NCBI GenBank assembly: GCA_019347945.1
Contig: JAHWKK010000001.1
Span: 67,299-131,298, forward strand
Direction: 5' to 3'
DNA from: Acidobacteriota bacterium
GTDB lineage: Bacteria; Acidobacteriota; Thermoanaerobaculia; Gp7-AA8; JAHWKK01
Length of the DNA stretch: 64,000 bases
In this document: positions 8,475 to 17,087 of the stretch, one piece after another
How positions within the stretch are numbered: the stretch's first letter is position 1
Layout: each line of letters opens with the position of its first letter
Program-made: the position numbers and the translations under genes
The notes under the pieces: model-generated
Seen by the model: the letters and a program-made list of their open reading frames with translations, nothing else
What the model was told of the DNA's origin: nothing
Database searches by the model: none

Positions 8475-10376
8475 ATGGTGCGAGACATTCTGATCATTGC
8501 TGCCCGCGAGATTCGTGACAAGAAGATCCTCTTCCTCGGAGCTGCGCTCTGTGCGCTGATCGTTCTCGGAACGCCGCTGCTTCCCGGCGCTAGCGGAGAG
8601 AGTCCAACCGACGTGATGACCACGGCCGCGCTCACGCTCTTTCTGGTCGTGATGTTCGCGACGCCGGCGGCGCTCGGGTTCGGCATCATCGGGCGTGACC
8701 TCGAAGAGCATCGGATGGCGTTCTATCTGGCGCGACCGGTCAGCACCTCCTCAGTGTGGAGCGGAAAGACCCTGGGGGCTGTTTGCATCACCTTCGGGCA
8801 GGCGGCGATCATCGTTCTCATTCCCACACTGCTCGGCAAAGGTCTTCTCTCGTTTGGCAACTACGCTGCTACGGTCGGTTTCGAGAGCTTCCTGCTGAGC
8901 TCGTTTCTGAGCTCACCATTGAGAAACTCCATCCTTGCGTCTCTGCTGGTTCTCGCGCTTGCGCAGTTCTGGGCTCTCGGGTTGCGCTCGCGATCAGCAT
9001 GGCTTCTCCTCGACCTGGCGGTCTTCGCGACGGTCGCGACGATCTTCTGGATGAGCCTCCGGCCGTTCCTCCTCAACGGCGCGGAACCGGATGCAGTCCT
9101 CTTCACCTCGATCTCACTCGTCATGCTGGGAATCCTGTTGTTCGCCGGGAGCGCCGCAGGACTGCAGCTCGGGCGCAGCGACCTCCATCGAACCCATCGA
9201 TGGACCGGCATCGTCACCGCCGCTCTGTTGCTTGCAGGATTTCTCGCTCTCGGAATCCTCTCGCACCAGATTCGTTCGCTCGAGCCGAACGAGCTCGAGT
9301 ACACCTCACTCATCGCCGCTCCTAGAGAGGGGCCATGGATCGCACTCGAGGGGGCGAGAAACCGGGAGTGGAATTCCTACCGGGCGTCCTACCTGATCAA
9401 CACCCGGACCGGCAGGTCGGTGAACATCGGCAACAGTAACCCGTCAATCAGCCGTGATGGAACGATCGCCGCGATCTGGAAGCGGGAAACGCTCAATCCT
9501 CCAGTCGCACGGCTTCACTGGATCGATCTGAAAGAGCCAGACGAATTGAACCACACCGACGTTTCGATTCCTCTCGAGGCGAGGGATGATTGGAGATTCG
9601 TCCTGTGGCCGTCGCTTGCAATCTCTCCCGCCGGCGGGCGCGTGGCCTGGCTAGATCGAGGGACTGTTCAGGCCTGGGATCTTCGAAGCGCCACGAGTCT
9701 GTTCAGCGCGAGGCTTCCCGACGAGGATGCCAGACCCAGGGTGCTGTTCGATGGAGAAGACGATCTCTACGTCTTCAGCCGTCCGGCCGGAGACACCGAA
9801 GGCCAGTGGACGATCAGGAAAATCGACTTCGAAGAGAAGTCGTGGGCGATCACCGGGACAATGCCGGATGGTTGGTTTGGCCACGTCGAGGCGGGCGCTC
9901 CGCTACGCTTCACGAGGCGCCCCGCGGACGACGATATGGAAGGCCCGCGGGTCCATGAGCTTCGCGACATCGAGGATGGGTCCGTCATATCGAGCTTCAC
10001 CGCGAGGGGGCGATTTCTAAGCGATGGCCGTTTCGTGGAGATGAGTGGTGAGAGCGGAGCCGCGCTTCGGATTCTCAACCGGGAAGGCGAGCTCGAGAAA
10101 ACGATCGAGCTGCCGCCGGAGGGCACCCCCGTCGGCGCTGCTCAGGTCAGGAGCCAGATGCTCACCGTCCGGCTCGTCCCGGGCCGTGATTACCGCAACG
10201 GAAAGGACTACCTGGTCGATCTGGAGACATCGAAGGTCCGTCAGATAGATTCCGCTTTGCATGTCGTGCATCCGGCGTCCGAATCGGAAAAAGACATCAT
10301 TGTCAGCGACGGGCGGAGCCTCTTTCTCCTCGACCTCGAGACAATGAAGACCGAGCGGATCGCCGGCAGGGGCTGA
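8475..10376 (+). CDS. Paralogous ABC-2-type permease with a C-terminal beta-propeller-like domain.
   Basis: 633 aa with the same architecture as the preceding gene. The matching motif is FYLARPVSTSSVWSGK, and the C-terminus has SRDGTIAAIW and SPAGGRVAWLD blades. Confidence 0.7.
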   Translation: MVRDILIIAAREIRDKKILFLGAALCALIVLGTPLLPGASGESPTDVMTTAALTLFLVVMFATPAALGFGIIGRDLEEHRMAFYLARPVSTSSVWSGKTLGAVCITFGQAAIIVLIPTLLGKGLLSFGNYAATVGFESFLLSSFLSSPLRNSILASLLVLALAQFWALGLRSRSAWLLLDLAVFATVATIFWMSLRPFLLNGAEPDAVLFTSISLVMLGILLFAGSAAGLQLGRSDLHRTHRWTGIVTAALLLAGFLALGILSHQIRSLEPNELEYTSLIAAPREGPWIALEGARNREWNSYRASYLINTRTGRSVNIGNSNPSISRDGTIAAIWKRETLNPPVARLHWIDLKEPDELNHTDVSIPLEARDDWRFVLWPSLAISPAGGRVAWLDRGTVQAWDLRSATSLFSARLPDEDARPRVLFDGEDDLYVFSRPAGDTEGQWTIRKIDFEEKSWAITGTMPDGWFGHVEAGAPLRFTRRPADDDMEGPRVHELRDIEDGSVISSFTARGRFLSDGRFVEMSGESGAALRILNREGELEKTIELPPEGTPVGAAQVRSQMLTVRLVPGRDYRNGKDYLVDLETSKVRQIDSALHVVHPASESEKDIIVSDGRSLFLLDLETMKTERIAGRG

Positions 10377-10434
10377 GAGAGGGCGCACGAAGGAGATTTC
10401 GGGGCAGGCAGGGGAAGCCTTCATCGCAGTCGCC

Positions 10435-10470
10435 GAGAAAAAAGCCCCGGGTTTGCACCCGGGGCTCTCA
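10435..10470. terminator. Bidirectional rho-independent terminator hairpin between two convergent genes.
   Basis: GCCCCGGGT ttgc ACCCGGGGC forms a 9-bp GC stem at 10444-10465. It is preceded by gagaaaaaa, which gives a U-tract for the minus-strand protease transcript. Confidence 0.5.
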
Positions 10471-10491
10471 AGCGACGTCCTTGAAAGAGAA

Positions 10492-12189
10492 TCAGAAGGT
10501 CACTGTGACGCTGTTCGAGCAGGTCGAGGTTCCTGCTTCACAGATCTGGTACGTCAGCGAGCCGCCTCCGACGAAGTTGGTCGCATCGGTGTACGCTCCG
10601 TCGTTCGCCGTCGTCGCAATCACCGATCCGTCGCGGTACACGTCCACATTCGTGGAGCTCGCTCCGCTCCAGCTCAGATCAGTATGCCAGCGGCCTTTCA
10701 CCTTGTATCCGGTGGCCGAGAGCGAGATGCCGTCGGTCGAGCAGCCTTCGTCGACCGAACCGTCGCAGTCGTTGTCGATGCCGTCGCCACAGACCTCGGT
10801 CTCGCCAGGGTTCACGCCCGCGTTGCTGTCGTCGCAGTCGCCATCCTCGGCGCACCATCCGTCACCGTCGGCGTCCGTGCAGGTCGAGCAGCCTTCGTCG
10901 ACCGAACCGTCGCAATCATTGTCGATGTTGTCGCCGCAAACTTCCGACGCGCCTGGATTGACGCTCGCATCATTGTCGTCGCAATCATCGCTGGCGCAGT
11001 AGCCGTCACCATCCGCATCCGTGCAACCGCTTCCGCCGTCGAAGAGGGTGTACAAAAGGTGGTTGTTGGTCGTGCTGGACGAAGTGACGATGTTCTTAGT
11101 GGTCGCGTTGTAGAGCGCATCGCGAACCGTCTGCGGAGAGGCGCCGGAATTCGCGTCGAGATAAAGCGCCGCAGCTCCCGCCACATGCGGAGCGGCCATC
11201 GAGGTTCCACTGATCGTGTTCGTGTCGCTGTCGCTGTCGATCCAGGCCGATGTGATGCTCACACCAGGCGCGAAGAAATCGACGCAGTCGCCATAGTTCG
11301 CCCAGGAGGCTTTCTTATCGGAGCTGTCTGTGGCGCTGATCGTCATCGCTTCCGGAACGCGGGCTGGCGAGTAGTTGCATGCGTCCTGCTGGATCCCGAG
11401 GAAGTTGCCGTTTCCGGCCGCGATGGCGTAACTCACGCCCGCCGCGATCGAGTTGCTCACCGCGCTGTCGAGCGAGTCGGACGCGCCGCCGCCGAGACTC
11501 ATGTTCGCCACGGCCGGCTTGATGTGATTCGCGGTCACCCAGTCGACTCCCGCGATGACGCCCGAGACCGTGCCGCTTCCCTGGCAGTCGAGAACGCGAA
11601 CGGCGATCAGCTTCACGCTTTTCGCCACGCCCCAGGTCGATCCACCGACGGTTCCGGCCACGTGCGTACCATGACCGTTGCAGTCATCGGCCGTTCCGCC
11701 GTCAATCGCGTCGAAACCGCTGACGGCCCGGCCCCCGAAGTCATTGTGCGTGGTACGGATTCCGGTGTCGATGATGTAAGCATTCACCCCGGAGCCGGTG
11801 TGATTGTAGGTATAGCTGCCGTCGAGCGGGAGGTTTCGCTGATCCACACGGTCCAGCCCCCAGGTCGCATTCGACTGGGTCGCGACGACGCGAACCATCG
11901 AGTCCTGTTCCACGTATGCGACTCGAGGATCGGCAGCCATTTTCTCCGCCATCTCTGCGGACAGGCGTATCGAAAAACCCTTGATCGCCGATGAGTAAAT
12001 ATAGCCGATCGTTCCGGCGTGGGTGGAAGCCAGCGCTCTGGCCTCGGCTGCCGGATTCGCGACGTCGTCGTTGAACACGACGATGTACTGGCCCGGAATT
12101 GGATTTTCTGTCTGCCGGACGTCCGGACTACCGAGTACCGAGAACGCCATCAGACAACATATTGCCGCTACAAACAGGTTTCGCTTCAT
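10492..12189 (-). CDS. Secreted subtilisin-like serine protease (S8, proteinase-K-like) with an I9 propeptide and C-terminal Cys/Asp-rich repeats.
   Basis: The signal peptide is MKRNLFVAAICCLMAFSVLGSP. The catalytic triad context is D (AYIIDTGI), H (HGTHVAGT) and S (GTSMAAPHVAG). The C-terminus has two 50-aa repeats, CTDADGDG[YW]C...VNPG..EVCGD.IDNDCDGSVDEGC. Confidence 0.9.
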   Translation of the reverse strand: MKRNLFVAAICCLMAFSVLGSPDVRQTENPIPGQYIVVFNDDVANPAAEARALASTHAGTIGYIYSSAIKGFSIRLSAEMAEKMAADPRVAYVEQDSMVRVVATQSNATWGLDRVDQRNLPLDGSYTYNHTGSGVNAYIIDTGIRTTHNDFGGRAVSGFDAIDGGTADDCNGHGTHVAGTVGGSTWGVAKSVKLIAVRVLDCQGSGTVSGVIAGVDWVTANHIKPAVANMSLGGGASDSLDSAVSNSIAAGVSYAIAAGNGNFLGIQQDACNYSPARVPEAMTISATDSSDKKASWANYGDCVDFFAPGVSITSAWIDSDSDTNTISGTSMAAPHVAGAAALYLDANSGASPQTVRDALYNATTKNIVTSSSTTNNHLLYTLFDGGSGCTDADGDGYCASDDCDDNDASVNPGASEVCGDNIDNDCDGSVDEGCSTCTDADGDGWCAEDGDCDDSNAGVNPGETEVCGDGIDNDCDGSVDEGCSTDGISLSATGYKVKGRWHTDLSWSGASSTNVDVYRDGSVIATTANDGAYTDATNFVGGGSLTYQICEAGTSTCSNSVTVTF

Positions 12190-12402
12190 CCAGAGAGCTC
12201 CTATGTGAAAGGGGAAAGAATGCCGCGCCGTGCCGGACGTGACGGTTTCCTGACGCCTGTTACAAAACTGCCAACGGCGGGGAATCTACCACATCCAGCC
12301 GCTCAACAAAAACGGTGGCAAGGACGGGGATTTTCCGAGAAAATTGCCCTCTCGGTGGGAGCCGATTGGTGCGGACCGCTTGAAAATGGAAAGTTGGCTA
12401 TC

Positions 12403-13440
12403 CTACCGGTAGCGCTCGAGAGCGAGGCCGATTTTGTCGAGAACCTGGCCGGGGGTGATGCGATTCATCCGTGCGCTCTTCTTTCTTCGCGAGATTTTCT
12501 CCCCCGTCGCGGGGTCGGCCCAAGCGTCGATCAGAAGGTCGTGAAACCGCCCGTAGGGTCCGCACCTTCTGGGATCGGAGTAGCCGTAGAGCCCGACCGT
12601 CGGACGGTTCAGGGCGACGGCAGCATGCAGCGGACCGGTATCGGGCGCGACCACCACTCTCGAGCCATGGAGTTTCCAGAGCATCTCCCGGACAGGCCGT
12701 TCGAGAGCAACGACCGGCTCGGAGGTCATTCGCGAAGCGATCTCTCCGGCGATCTCCCTTTCACGGGCCGACGGTCCTCCCAGCAGCATCGGCACGAGGC
12801 CGAACCGCCACCGAGCTTCGTCGGCCACCGCGGCGTAACCGGCGGCGTCCCAGTCCTTATCGGCCGACGATGAAGCCACGACGAGCGCGAGAACCGGCGC
12901 GCCGATGGCGGTGAAAAAGTCACGCTCTCTCTCCATCTCCTCCGCCGTGAAACGGAGGTTCCACTCCGGCTCGTACGATTCGAGCCCGAGATAGTCGAGA
13001 AAGTCGAGAAAGAGATCCTGGGCATGGCGGGGAGGTCCCGGTGGTAGGTGCCGATTGACGAACCACCAGTGCCCCTCCCGCGAGCGGTTCCAGTCGAATC
13101 CGAGCCGGATCCCGGCGTCGACGAGAAGAGAGACGAGGCTCGAGCGGAGGCTGACCTGAGGAACGAGAAGGAGGTCGAATTGGGGACTCGCGCGGAGCCG
13201 GTGGCGAATCTCGCGCCAGCCGGCGAGACCGCTGCCCGGCCTGAAGACGATGAACTCGTCGATCTCGGGTTGCTCTTTTGCGATCTCGTGCGGAACCGGC
13301 TCGAGGATCCAGCTCAGATGTGCGTCCGGATAGAGCCGGCGCAGACCATTGATCATCGAGATCGCATGAATTGTGTCGCCGAACGCTCCGAGACGAAGCA
13401 GGCAGATGCGCTCAGCGGGGATTCTCGGTGAAGTGATCAT
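12403..13440 (-). CDS. Glycosyltransferase family 9, an LPS heptosyltransferase-like enzyme.
   Basis: The sequence is ICLLRLGAFGDTIHAISMINGLRRLYPDAHLSWI...LLGGPSAREREIAGEI...VAPDTGPLHAAVALNRPTVGLYG, the RfaF/RfaC/RfaQ family pattern. The start was taken at MITSP to avoid a long overlap with the upstream gene. Confidence 0.8.
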   Translation of the reverse strand: MITSPRIPAERICLLRLGAFGDTIHAISMINGLRRLYPDAHLSWILEPVPHEIAKEQPEIDEFIVFRPGSGLAGWREIRHRLRASPQFDLLLVPQVSLRSSLVSLLVDAGIRLGFDWNRSREGHWWFVNRHLPPGPPRHAQDLFLDFLDYLGLESYEPEWNLRFTAEEMERERDFFTAIGAPVLALVVASSSADKDWDAAGYAAVADEARWRFGLVPMLLGGPSAREREIAGEIASRMTSEPVVALERPVREMLWKLHGSRVVVAPDTGPLHAAVALNRPTVGLYGYSDPRRCGPYGRFHDLLIDAWADPATGEKISRRKKSARMNRITPGQVLDKIGLALERYR

Positions 13441-14197
13441 AGGCCTGCCTGACCCGCTCGACGACGGCATCGACGAACTGATGAGGCCGACCATGAATTC
13501 TTCCCTGCTTCCGGATCGACCGCTCGAGCCGTGAAAGATTGCGTCGCCGCGCGGCCTCGTCGAGGCCCTCCGGGTGCAGCTCGACCTTGTCGAGGTCGAG
13601 AATGTAGGAAGTTCCATCCTCGGAAAAGAAAATATTCATCATGTTCAGATCGCCGTGCTCGAATCTGCTCTGATGAAGATTTGCCGTCAGCCGGCCGATC
13701 TGCTCCGCCTTCGCTTCACAGTTCTGCGGAGGCTCCTCGCTCTCGAAGAAAAAATGATCCGCATCCTTTCCGAAAATTCTTTCGAAGCCGATCTCCGCGC
13801 GCACGAGCCCGTTCTGCCGGATCCAGCTGAGAAAGAGCAGCTCGGGAGTCGGGATCCCCTGCTCCGAGAGATACTCGACCGCTTCTTTGACGCAGTATGC
13901 ACGGCGGGCGCTGAGAAAACGGTCTTTCCAGAGCGTTGCGGTCGAGCCGCCGTGAAACAGCCGTTTCACCACCACCGGCCGTCCTCCGATCATGCCGGCC
14001 AGGACAGGATGCCTTCCTCGGATTTCCCCGACGTCGGCCTGTTCCTTCACGAGATCGTAGACCCATTCCCGGCTGTTGTAGGTCTCCACGAGCTCCTCTC
14101 TCAGCGACGGGACGCAGAAAAGGTGAAGATCGCTGTCGATGAGCGGAAGACGATGATCGCGAGGAACGATCACTTCCTCGAGGGGTTCCATCGCCAT
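13412..14197 (-). CDS. Lipopolysaccharide kinase family protein, Kdo kinase/WaaP/InaA-like.
   Basis: 261 aa with VVKRLFHGG, HQSRFEHGDLNMMNIF and ILDLDKV, a Kdo/WaaP-type kinase catalytic-loop pattern. It sits next to the heptosyltransferase. Confidence 0.75.
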   Translation of the reverse strand: MAMEPLEEVIVPRDHRLPLIDSDLHLFCVPSLREELVETYNSREWVYDLVKEQADVGEIRGRHPVLAGMIGGRPVVVKRLFHGGSTATLWKDRFLSARRAYCVKEAVEYLSEQGIPTPELLFLSWIRQNGLVRAEIGFERIFGKDADHFFFESEEPPQNCEAKAEQIGRLTANLHQSRFEHGDLNMMNIFFSEDGTSYILDLDKVELHPEGLDEAARRRNLSRLERSIRKQGRIHGRPHQFVDAVVERVRQAYDHFTENPR

Positions 14198-14655
14198 GCA
14201 GTGTAACGGATGGCACGGGATGGAAGGAACGGCATTTCCCGAGTCCGGGCGTGGTCAGAGCTCGACGGCCAGCGACTTTTTCTCGCGCCACGCGGCGAGA
14301 AGCGCCGTTTCATGGCGAGCGATCGCGGGACCGTTGCCCGGAACCGTGAAGTCGAAGTCCAGATGATCTCGGAGAAACGTATCGATCGGGCCGAAGGTCT
14401 CGGCACTCGATCTCGGGCGAAGGCCCGCGGCTCGAGCTTTTTTCGTGCTCGCGTAGAAGAAACCCTTCTCGGTCTCCCTTCTCCACACCCAGAGCGGAAC
14501 ATCGACGAAGGAACGAATCCCGCGCTCGAAGAGAAACTCGGCCGTAGGACGTCGCGTCCCAATGACGCGATAGCTCGCGCCGGCGGCTGGCGGCTTCCAA
14601 CCCTGGCGGCGAACACTTCCTTGAAGCTTTCAGTGGCGCCGGAGGAGCGGGTCGT

Positions 14656-14985
14656 TCAGGCCGTCTCTCTGGACTCGAGGGGATATCCCTTTTCCACCCA
14701 GGCGTCGTATCCACCTCGCAATGCGTGCACGTTCGAGAATCCCTTGTCGATCATCTTTTGCGCCAGACTGGCGCTCGAGCCTTCGCCCGGTCACGTGCAG
14801 TAGGTGACGATCGGGCGGTCTTTCGGGAGCTCGTCGATGTGGTTCTCGAGCTCGTTCGCCGGAACTCTCACGGCTCCGGGAACCTTCTTCGTCGCTTTGC
14901 TCCAGGCCTCTGGATTTCTCGCGTCGACGAAGAGGGCGTCATCCAGGTTGCGGGCTTGTTCTGGCTCGATTCTCAACTCGCTCAC
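14656..14985 (-). CDS. Single-domain rhodanese sulfurtransferase with an in-frame TGA in the active-site loop, a candidate selenoprotein.
   Basis: The translation is MSELRIEPEQARNLDDALFVDARNPEAWSKATKKVPGAVRVPANELENHIDELPKDRPIVTYCT-[TGA 14791-14793]-PGEGSSASLAQKMIDKGFSNVHALRGGYDAWVEKGYPLESRETA*. Read through, the TGA aligns without gaps onto the GlpE active site, C65-YHGNSS-KGAAQYLLQQGY...GGFEAW. Positions equivalent to plus-strand first codon positions show about 74% GC, which supports coding in this frame. Confidence 0.55.
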
Positions 14986-15096
14986 TTCATCCTCGCTTTC
15001 GATCGGGTAAGAGCTTGTGCGTCCTGGCTCACTAACCGTTCGAGAATCGTGCCGCTTATCGCTCGATCACGCGCTTTCCGCCATCCCTTCACGAGC

Positions 15097-15855
15097 TCAG
15101 ACACCGAGGGATCGGAGAAGGTAGCCGATTGCATAGGCGAGCCCGGCCGCGATCGAGCCGATCGCGAGTGTCGAAAGACCGGTCCTCCACCAGGGATGAA
15201 TCGACCAACGGCTTCGGAGCGACCCGATTCCGAAGAAGACGGCGAGAGTCATTCCGACCGACCAGTCGAACGGCGAGGAGATCCCGAGGTACCACGGCAC
15301 GAGCGGAACGATTCCGCAGAGGATGAAGGCAAAAAACGTCGCCGTGGCCGCTCGCAGAGGTGATCGAACTTCGAGGGGGAGGCCGTACTCGTCGGTGAGC
15401 ATCGTATCGACCCACCGATCGTCATCGCCGGTGACGACGCTGACGGCTGATTCGAGATCTTCTCCCTCGAAACCCTTCGACGCGAAAATCTGCCGGACTT
15501 CCTCCCGCTCGCCATCGGGATCCACGCGGATGTGCCGGTACTCGATCTCCCTGATGTGCTCGATCTGCTGCAGCTCGGTCTGCGTGGCCGAGTAGTTCCC
15601 GGCAGCCATGGAAAAACCGTCTCCCACGAGATTGGCGACGCCCAGAATGAGGACCACACGAGCGGAGAGCTCCGCTCCGACGACGCCCGTCACGATCGCG
15701 AACGTCGTCACGGCGCCGTCGATCCCGCCGTAGACCCAGTCGCGAAGATAGCTGTGCGAGGGTCCCGACTCCAATCTTTCCCGGATGTCTTCGGGAGCAT
15801 GGGAGTGCTCGAGGTCTTCGGTGCTCACAGCGCAGAGTTTAGCGTCAATGCGCAC
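15097..15855 (-). CDS. VIT1/CCC1-family Fe2+/Mn2+ transporter.
   Basis: The sequence HSYLRDWVYGGIDGAVTTFAIVTGVVGA plus five TM helices and a central cytoplasmic acidic region match the VIT family. Confidence 0.85.
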   Translation of the reverse strand: MRIDAKLCAVSTEDLEHSHAPEDIRERLESGPSHSYLRDWVYGGIDGAVTTFAIVTGVVGAELSARVVLILGVANLVGDGFSMAAGNYSATQTELQQIEHIREIEYRHIRVDPDGEREEVRQIFASKGFEGEDLESAVSVVTGDDDRWVDTMLTDEYGLPLEVRSPLRAATATFFAFILCGIVPLVPWYLGISSPFDWSVGMTLAVFFGIGSLRSRWSIHPWWRTGLSTLAIGSIAAGLAYAIGYLLRSLGV

Positions 15856-15908
15856 TCGGATTCGAGACCGTATCCGGCGAGTCGCGTGCGGGTGGGAACC
15901 GTCGCGCG

Positions 15909-16334
15909 TTGTCGAACATCGGTTCCATCTCTGGTAGGATCACTTCAATGGCGAAAGAGAAGGCGAAGAAGAAAGCGAAGATCAAGTACGACTGCTCGAA
16001 GTGCCCGGCATACTGCTGCAGCTACGACCGGATCGAGGTGAGCGACTTCGACCTCGAGCGGCTCGCCGCATATTTCGGTATCCCGGTGAAAAAAGCGGAG
16101 AAGAAATTCACCAAGTGGTGGGACGACGATGAGCGAGTTCTTCGCCACCAGAAAGACCACATTTTCGATTCGGTCTGCAGATTTCTCGACAGCGACACCC
16201 GGCAGTGCACGATCTACGAGGCACGACCCGAGGTCTGCCGGGAGTACCCCGATGCGAAGATCTGCGGCTACTACGAGTTTCTGAGGTGGGAGCGGAAGTT
16301 TCAGGAGGATCCGGAGTTCATCCCGCTTTCCTGA
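15909..16334 (+). CDS. YkgJ-family (UPF0153) putative Fe-S/zinc-cluster protein.
   Basis: The N-terminal motif is CSKCPAYCC (CxxCxxCC), and further cysteines follow in CRFLDSDTRQCTIY and EVCREY. An alternative start lies at MAKEK (15948). Confidence 0.7.
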   Translation: MSNIGSISGRITSMAKEKAKKKAKIKYDCSKCPAYCCSYDRIEVSDFDLERLAAYFGIPVKKAEKKFTKWWDDDERVLRHQKDHIFDSVCRFLDSDTRQCTIYEARPEVCREYPDAKICGYYEFLRWERKFQEDPEFIPLS

Positions 16335-16335
16335 C

Positions 16336-17087
16336 GTCGTCGGATACCATGTTTATTGATTGGAGCACCGGCGCGAACGCGTAGAGATGAGGAGTTCTGA
16401 TCGCAGCGGGCTTGCCTCGGATCACCCTACAAGAGCTGTGCTTGGTTGGGGTAGAAAGCCATTGCGAAAGAATGTTCAGATGCCGTTAAAGCGGAACGAA
16501 GTCGAGTGATCGAAGCTGAATGCTGACGCGGTGCTGCCGTACGAGCTGCGGCTCGACGACTTCGTAATCGCGATGCAGGACGTGTGCGACTTTTTCTAAG
16601 ATGTGAATACCGGGGTTCTGGAAAAAGCGCTAGAGCGCTTTGATGACATGCTGCGGCCGCAGAACATGTCGGGCATATCTCGGACATGTTGACTGCAAGC
16701 ATGGCGAGCCACTCGCGGTCCCTGACCCAGAACCAGCAACACAACGGCCATCCGGATCTACTGGTCAAAGGTGTGTATCCGGGCAATGCGGCACGGGCGG
16801 GCTCAGAAGGAGTGGAGATCAAGACCACACGCAAAAAAGGCGGTGCCGTCGATACGCACGGAGCACGGGATCAGTGGATGTGCGTGTTCGTTTACGAAGT
16901 CGACAACAAAACTGAGCCGGCGCGTAATCGGGAACCGATGACCGTCACAGAGGCCTATCTTTGCCAGGTCTGTGTGGCGGACTTTCGAAAGAACCCACGT
17001 AGTGAGCTCGGTACAAGAACAGCAACCCTTCACAAGGAAGGCGTTGCTCGGCTTCGGGAGAACTGGATCTACATGCTGAACAGGTAG
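16336..17087 (+). pseudogene. Decayed PD-(D/E)xK restriction endonuclease, cognate to the adjacent methyltransferase.
   Basis: One reading frame gives protein-like segments, ...AVLPYELRLDDFVIAMQDVCDFF and DVNTGVLEKALERFDDMLRPQNMSGISRT. They are interrupted by a TGA at 16507 and a TAA at 16597. A frameshift around 16670-16690 then leads into an intact 133-aa ORF (16686-17087) that carries HPDLLV...EGVEIK, a PD...ExK motif. GC content falls to about 55% here. It is convergent with the methyltransferase and overlaps it by 19 nt. Confidence 0.45.

Noticed and set aside
10453-11994. A 513-aa plus-strand ORF and a 173-aa ORF at 10481-11002.
   Set aside because: They are antisense shadows of the well-supported S8 protease gene on the minus strand. 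Their translations are low-complexity and Ala/Val/Arg-rich with no motifs.
16686-17087. Treating the intact 133-aa ORF as a complete, functional mini restriction endonuclease.
   Set aside because: Protein-like sequence continues upstream in a shifted frame and through two stop codons, so the 133-aa ORF is the 3' remnant of a larger decayed gene. It is retained only as part of the pseudogene call.
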